From: Vulcanisaeta sp. AZ3
GTDB lineage: Archaea; Thermoproteota; Thermoprotei; Thermoproteales; Thermocladiaceae
Direction of reading: 5' to 3'
DNA length: 53,799 nucleotides
Assembly: GCA_000960865.2 (NCBI GenBank)
Contig: JZWU02000008.1
Span: 1 to 53,799, forward strand
Shown one piece after another: positions 50,391 to 53,799 of this stretch (the first letter of the stretch is position 1; every line of letters begins with the position of its first letter). The translations under genes were made by a program, and so were the position numbers. The notes under the pieces are model-generated. The model was not told where the DNA came from and searched no databases. It saw only the letters and a program-made list of their open reading frames with translations.

Positions 50391-50972
50391 CTTAGCGGCA
50401 TATACAATATGGTCCCCTGACCTAGCAAGCCTTTCAACAATATCGTAATTACTAAATAACAAATCCTCAAACCTAGACCTTAATTTCTTAGGTAAAACTA
50501 CCTGAAGTAGCCCGCCAGGTTTTAGATGCTCCTTAGCCTCCACAATTAATCGTTTATTTATATCGAAACCTGCAGCTATTGGTGGATTTGAGATTATTGT
50601 ATTAAACTTCTCATTAGTCACTGCACTATATAAGTCTCCCCAGCGAACCTTGCATTCCTTACATTATTTATCTTCACATTTATGGCCGCCAGTTTAACGG
50701 CTAACCTATTAATATCAACCATAACTACCCTACCTCTAGGTGCCAATTTAGCCGCTATTATTCCCAAAACACCGTAACCGCATCCCATGTCTAAGATTCT
50801 CCAGCCATTCATTATTACCATGCTCTCAGCCAATAATCTAGTTCCCTCATCAACTTGTTCACTGGAAAACACCAGGCGCTAATACTAAGGTTAGGGGTAT
50901 GTTCCTAATAACTGTGTTAATTTTCTTAACCCTCAACTCCTTAAATGATGGTTCCTCATCGTAATAATGCAC
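50370..50972 (-). pseudogene. RsmC-like class I SAM methyltransferase with two frameshifts (about 50873 and 50650)
   Basis: Joined frames give MHYYDEEP...PGVFSSEQVDEGTRLL...ILDMGCGYG...DIN..A...GDLY...IISNPP. Confidence 0.85.
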
Positions 50973-51062
50973 AGTGTATTTTGAAGTTAATCACCTATTA
51001 ATACCTTAGTCAGTACCTATGGGGCTAGCTTTTTAAGTGCTGAAAAATACCATGCTTAGTCT

Positions 51063-51914
51063 ATGAAGAGAGACTTATTCGTTGGTTACTTAATTACTTA
51101 CGTAATATCGGCATCGATAAATTACTTCTTTGTAAAATTCGGGCTCAAGTATTCGCCACCCTTAGGCTACATGGCTCTTCGCACCTTATTGGCAGGCATT
51201 GTATTGGGCATAGTCTCCCTAGTAATGAATAATAAATACTTCCTTATTATGAATAAGGACTTTTTATTATTAAGTCTATTTGCATCATTAAGCACGGCAC
51301 TTTGGGCCTATGGGCTCGTATACGTTGATCCAGGCTCTTCCGCAATCTTCAGTTACACAATGCCTCTCTTCGCAATACTGCTATCCGTAGTAATACTGCA
51401 TGAAAGACCGAGAATCATGAGCATCATTGGTACAGTCATAGGCTTCATTGGCGTTACTATATATGGAATATCATCTATAGCAAGAGGTGTGCCATTAATT
51501 GGTGCATTACTCACTATAGCGAATTCTATTTTTTGGGCTTTATATAGTATCTATTTTAGGAAATTGGGTAATTATGATGGTATTATTGTTGTATCGAATA
51601 TGTTCATAGTAAATGCCGTAATTCTTACGCTCATGGGATTTTTGGTAAATGGTATGCATGTATTCGAGATTAGTTGGACTCAATCCTTTATACTCAACTT
51701 GCTGGGTACCGCCTTAATTGGTGGCTCTACTCTTTTCCTTGTTTGGTATTTCATGATTAATACCCTCGGTGTATCTAATGTAATGCCCTATATATTCATA
51801 GTACCCGCATTCACATTATTACTTAACTATTTAATACTTGGCATGGAACCAACAATACCCGAACTAATTGGTTCAGCAATAATGTTCCTCGGTATATACT
51901 TATCGACCACGTGA
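51063..51914 (+). CDS. DMT/EamA family transporter
   Basis: About ten TM in two repeats, R.LLAG, YTMPLF..LLS..IL.E. Confidence 0.9.
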   Translation: MKRDLFVGYLITYVISASINYFFVKFGLKYSPPLGYMALRTLLAGIVLGIVSLVMNNKYFLIMNKDFLLLSLFASLSTALWAYGLVYVDPGSSAIFSYTMPLFAILLSVVILHERPRIMSIIGTVIGFIGVTIYGISSIARGVPLIGALLTIANSIFWALYSIYFRKLGNYDGIIVVSNMFIVNAVILTLMGFLVNGMHVFEISWTQSFILNLLGTALIGGSTLFLVWYFMINTLGVSNVMPYIFIVPAFTLLLNYLILGMEPTIPELIGSAIMFLGIYLSTT

Positions 51915-52037
51915 AGTCACGGTTTTTATTAACGTGGCAAATAACAATATTACCCTTACCATAACTATACGGCGACTATTGATGTTCATGGTGATTAGTT
52001 AAACTTTTTAAGCGCGTAGGTGTCATGATTTCCTTGC

Positions 52038-52517
52038 ATGGTTACATTAACGAAGTCAAAGCAACCCAGGAAGCAGAGAAAGGCATTATTCAATGCGCCA
52101 TTTCATGCTAGGCATCGGTTAATGACTGCTAGGCTTAGTGAGGATTTGCAGAGGCAGTATGGTGTTAAGAGATTACCTGTTAGGAAGGGGGATACGGTCT
52201 TAATACTTAGGGGTGATTTCAGAGGCGTTAGGGGTAAAGTTAATGAAGTTGATCTTAGGAAAATGAGGATATATGTTGAGGGCGCGACAAACAAGAAACC
52301 AAGCGGTGAGACTGTTTATTACCCAATACACCCATCTAAGGTCATGATCGTGGAGCTGGACACAAGCGATAAGACAAGGCTTGAGGCGATCGAGAGAGCT
52401 AGAAAACAGCGGGAGGAGTATTTAAGGAGGCTAGAGGAAACTAAGGAGACTAGAGCCGTTAGAAAGCCAGAGGTCATTGTTGTTAAGGGTGAGTCCAGTG
52501 AACAGGGGCAGCAATAG
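52038..52517 (+). CDS. rpl24: 50S ribosomal protein uL24
   Basis: [33 protein letters not shown]. Confidence 0.96.
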   Translation: MVTLTKSKQPRKQRKALFNAPFHARHRLMTARLSEDLQRQYGVKRLPVRKGDTVLILRGDFRGVRGKVNEVDLRKMRIYVEGATNKKPSGETVYYPIHPSKVMIVELDTSDKTRLEAIERARKQREEYLRRLEETKETRAVRKPEVIVVKGESSEQGQQ

Positions 52518-52553
52518 GAAGGCTTTTAATGTGGTTATTCATGGTGGTGATTA

Positions 52554-53300
52554 ATGCCAAGGAGACACCTTAGACGTTACCAAGCACCTGAGTGGTGGCC
52601 AATACCCACAAAGGAGGCAGTGTGGGCTGTTAGACCAAGCCCAGGGCCTCACCCCATAAACTCCTCGTTACCATTGGCAATCCTTGTTAGAGATGTACTT
52701 AGGTACGCCAAGACTCTCAGGGAGGCTAGGTATGTGATTGGTAAGGGCTTGGTAAAGGTTGATGGTATCATAAGGAGGGATTATAAGTACCCAGTGGGTT
52801 TAATGGATGTTATTGAGATAATACCAACAGGCGAGGTCTATAGAATAGTTCCACATATTACTAAGTTCCTATGGCCAATACCAATAAGTCAGGAGGAGGC
52901 TAAATACAAGCTTTGCAGGGTTGAGAATAAGACCATGGTTAAGGGAGGCCAAATACAGCTTAACCTTCACGATGGTAGGAATATACAATTACCCTATGAC
53001 GAAGGAAATAAGTACTCAACACTGGACTCCGTACTGATAGACCTCAATGAGAATAAGATAGTGGATTCCATAAAGCTTGAAATAGGCGCCTTAGGTCTTG
53101 TGGTTAATGGTAGGAACGTTGGTTATTACGGAAAGATAACCGAGATGATACAGACATACATAAAGAGGAGAGGTACTGCTGTCATAATAACTGAGGAGGG
53201 TAAGGAGGTCAGGACAGTAATTAATTACTTATTTGCAGTTGGTAAAGAAAAGCCTTTAATAACGATAGCACCACCAAAGGAAGTACCATCAACACAGTAA
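52554..53300 (+). CDS. rps4e: 30S ribosomal protein S4e
   Basis: HLRR..AP..W, PSPGPH, KVDG..R.D.KYPVGLMDV, LHDGRN. Confidence 0.96.
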   Translation: MPRRHLRRYQAPEWWPIPTKEAVWAVRPSPGPHPINSSLPLAILVRDVLRYAKTLREARYVIGKGLVKVDGIIRRDYKYPVGLMDVIEIIPTGEVYRIVPHITKFLWPIPISQEEAKYKLCRVENKTMVKGGQIQLNLHDGRNIQLPYDEGNKYSTLDSVLIDLNENKIVDSIKLEIGALGLVVNGRNVGYYGKITEMIQTYIKRRGTAVIITEEGKEVRTVINYLFAVGKEKPLITIAPPKEVPSTQ

Positions 53301-53368
53301 TTTAGAATTAAGCTTTACCATTATCTGAGTTTAGGGGATTCTTTATTCGTGAAATTATGCAGAATAAC

Positions 53369-53799
53369 CTAAAACAGCATTTTAATAGAGCTACCTAACC
53401 CTAACTCCTCAGGTGTTAGACCGTACCTTATGTTTGTGAACTCTCTTCTGAACTCCATAACCTCCCTCCTCACCTTACTTGGTTCCTCGCCTTTAATTAA
53501 TACCCTAGCCATGAATTCAGCAATCATTTTCATCTCCTCCTCATTCATTCCAAACCTCGTCATCTCCTGAACACCAAGCCTTAACCCACTAACCTCTTCC
53601 TTGAAGGCCTTATCCCAGGGTAATGCAGTCTTACTAACAATTATGTTCGCATCCTCAAGCATTAGAGAAGACTTTGCACCACCCCCCACGTTAGACACAT
53701 CAATGAGGACTTGATGTGTTCTTGTGAAGCCCTTATTCTCGGCAATAACTTTAAAGCCAAGTGCATGTAATTCCTCTGCTAATGCCCTCGCGTTATTAA
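53369..53799 (-). CDS. glyA: serine hydroxymethyltransferase, 3' part (runs off the right edge)
   Basis: Frame reads [33 protein letters not shown]...LE.ANII...LPWD...SGLRLG.QE.TR.GM. Confidence 0.9.
   Translation of the reverse strand, partial: NNARALAEELHALGFKVIAENKGFTRTHQVLIDVSNVGGGAKSSLMLEDANIIVSKTALPWDKAFKEEVSGLRLGVQEMTRFGMNEEEMKMIAEFMARVLIKGEEPSKVRREVMEFRREFTNIRYGLTPEELGLGSSIKMLF

Overview
53.8 kb of an archaeal chromosome. Gene content and codon style point to Thermoproteaceae, most like Vulcanisaeta (inference). It is mostly housekeeping and metabolic genes: rps6e, xth, an acyl-CoA ligase, 2-oxoacid:ferredoxin oxidoreductase alpha/beta, inositol-phosphate synthase, tmk, a tandem MoaC, pcm, gluconate dehydratase, FBP aldolase/phosphatase, trpS, family-5 UDG, two acyl-CoA dehydrogenases, rnhB, rpl24, rps4e and the 3' end of glyA. 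There are two DUF58/DUF4129 membrane clusters, one with MoxR and a transglutaminase-like protein lacking its catalytic triad. Non-coding elements absent from the ORF track: tRNA-Ser(CGA) with two introns, tRNA-Thr(CGT) with a 29/30 intron, a box C/D sRNA whose D guide matches a CAU-anticodon tRNA, a promoter-preceded GC-rich structured RNA candidate with an inverted partial copy across tRNA-Ser, and a ~260 bp non-autonomous IS200/IS605-type element fused to the end of a frameshifted methyltransferase gene. The best candidates for undescribed biology are the structured RNA pair around tRNA-Ser, a winged-helix plus AAA+ ATPase gene pair, a degenerate PD-(D/E)XK-like gene pair, the complementarily degenerate MoaC and the pseudo-enzyme MoxR cluster. 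No CRISPR array, integrase or intact transposase was seen. All family calls come from motif recognition by eye, without database searches.
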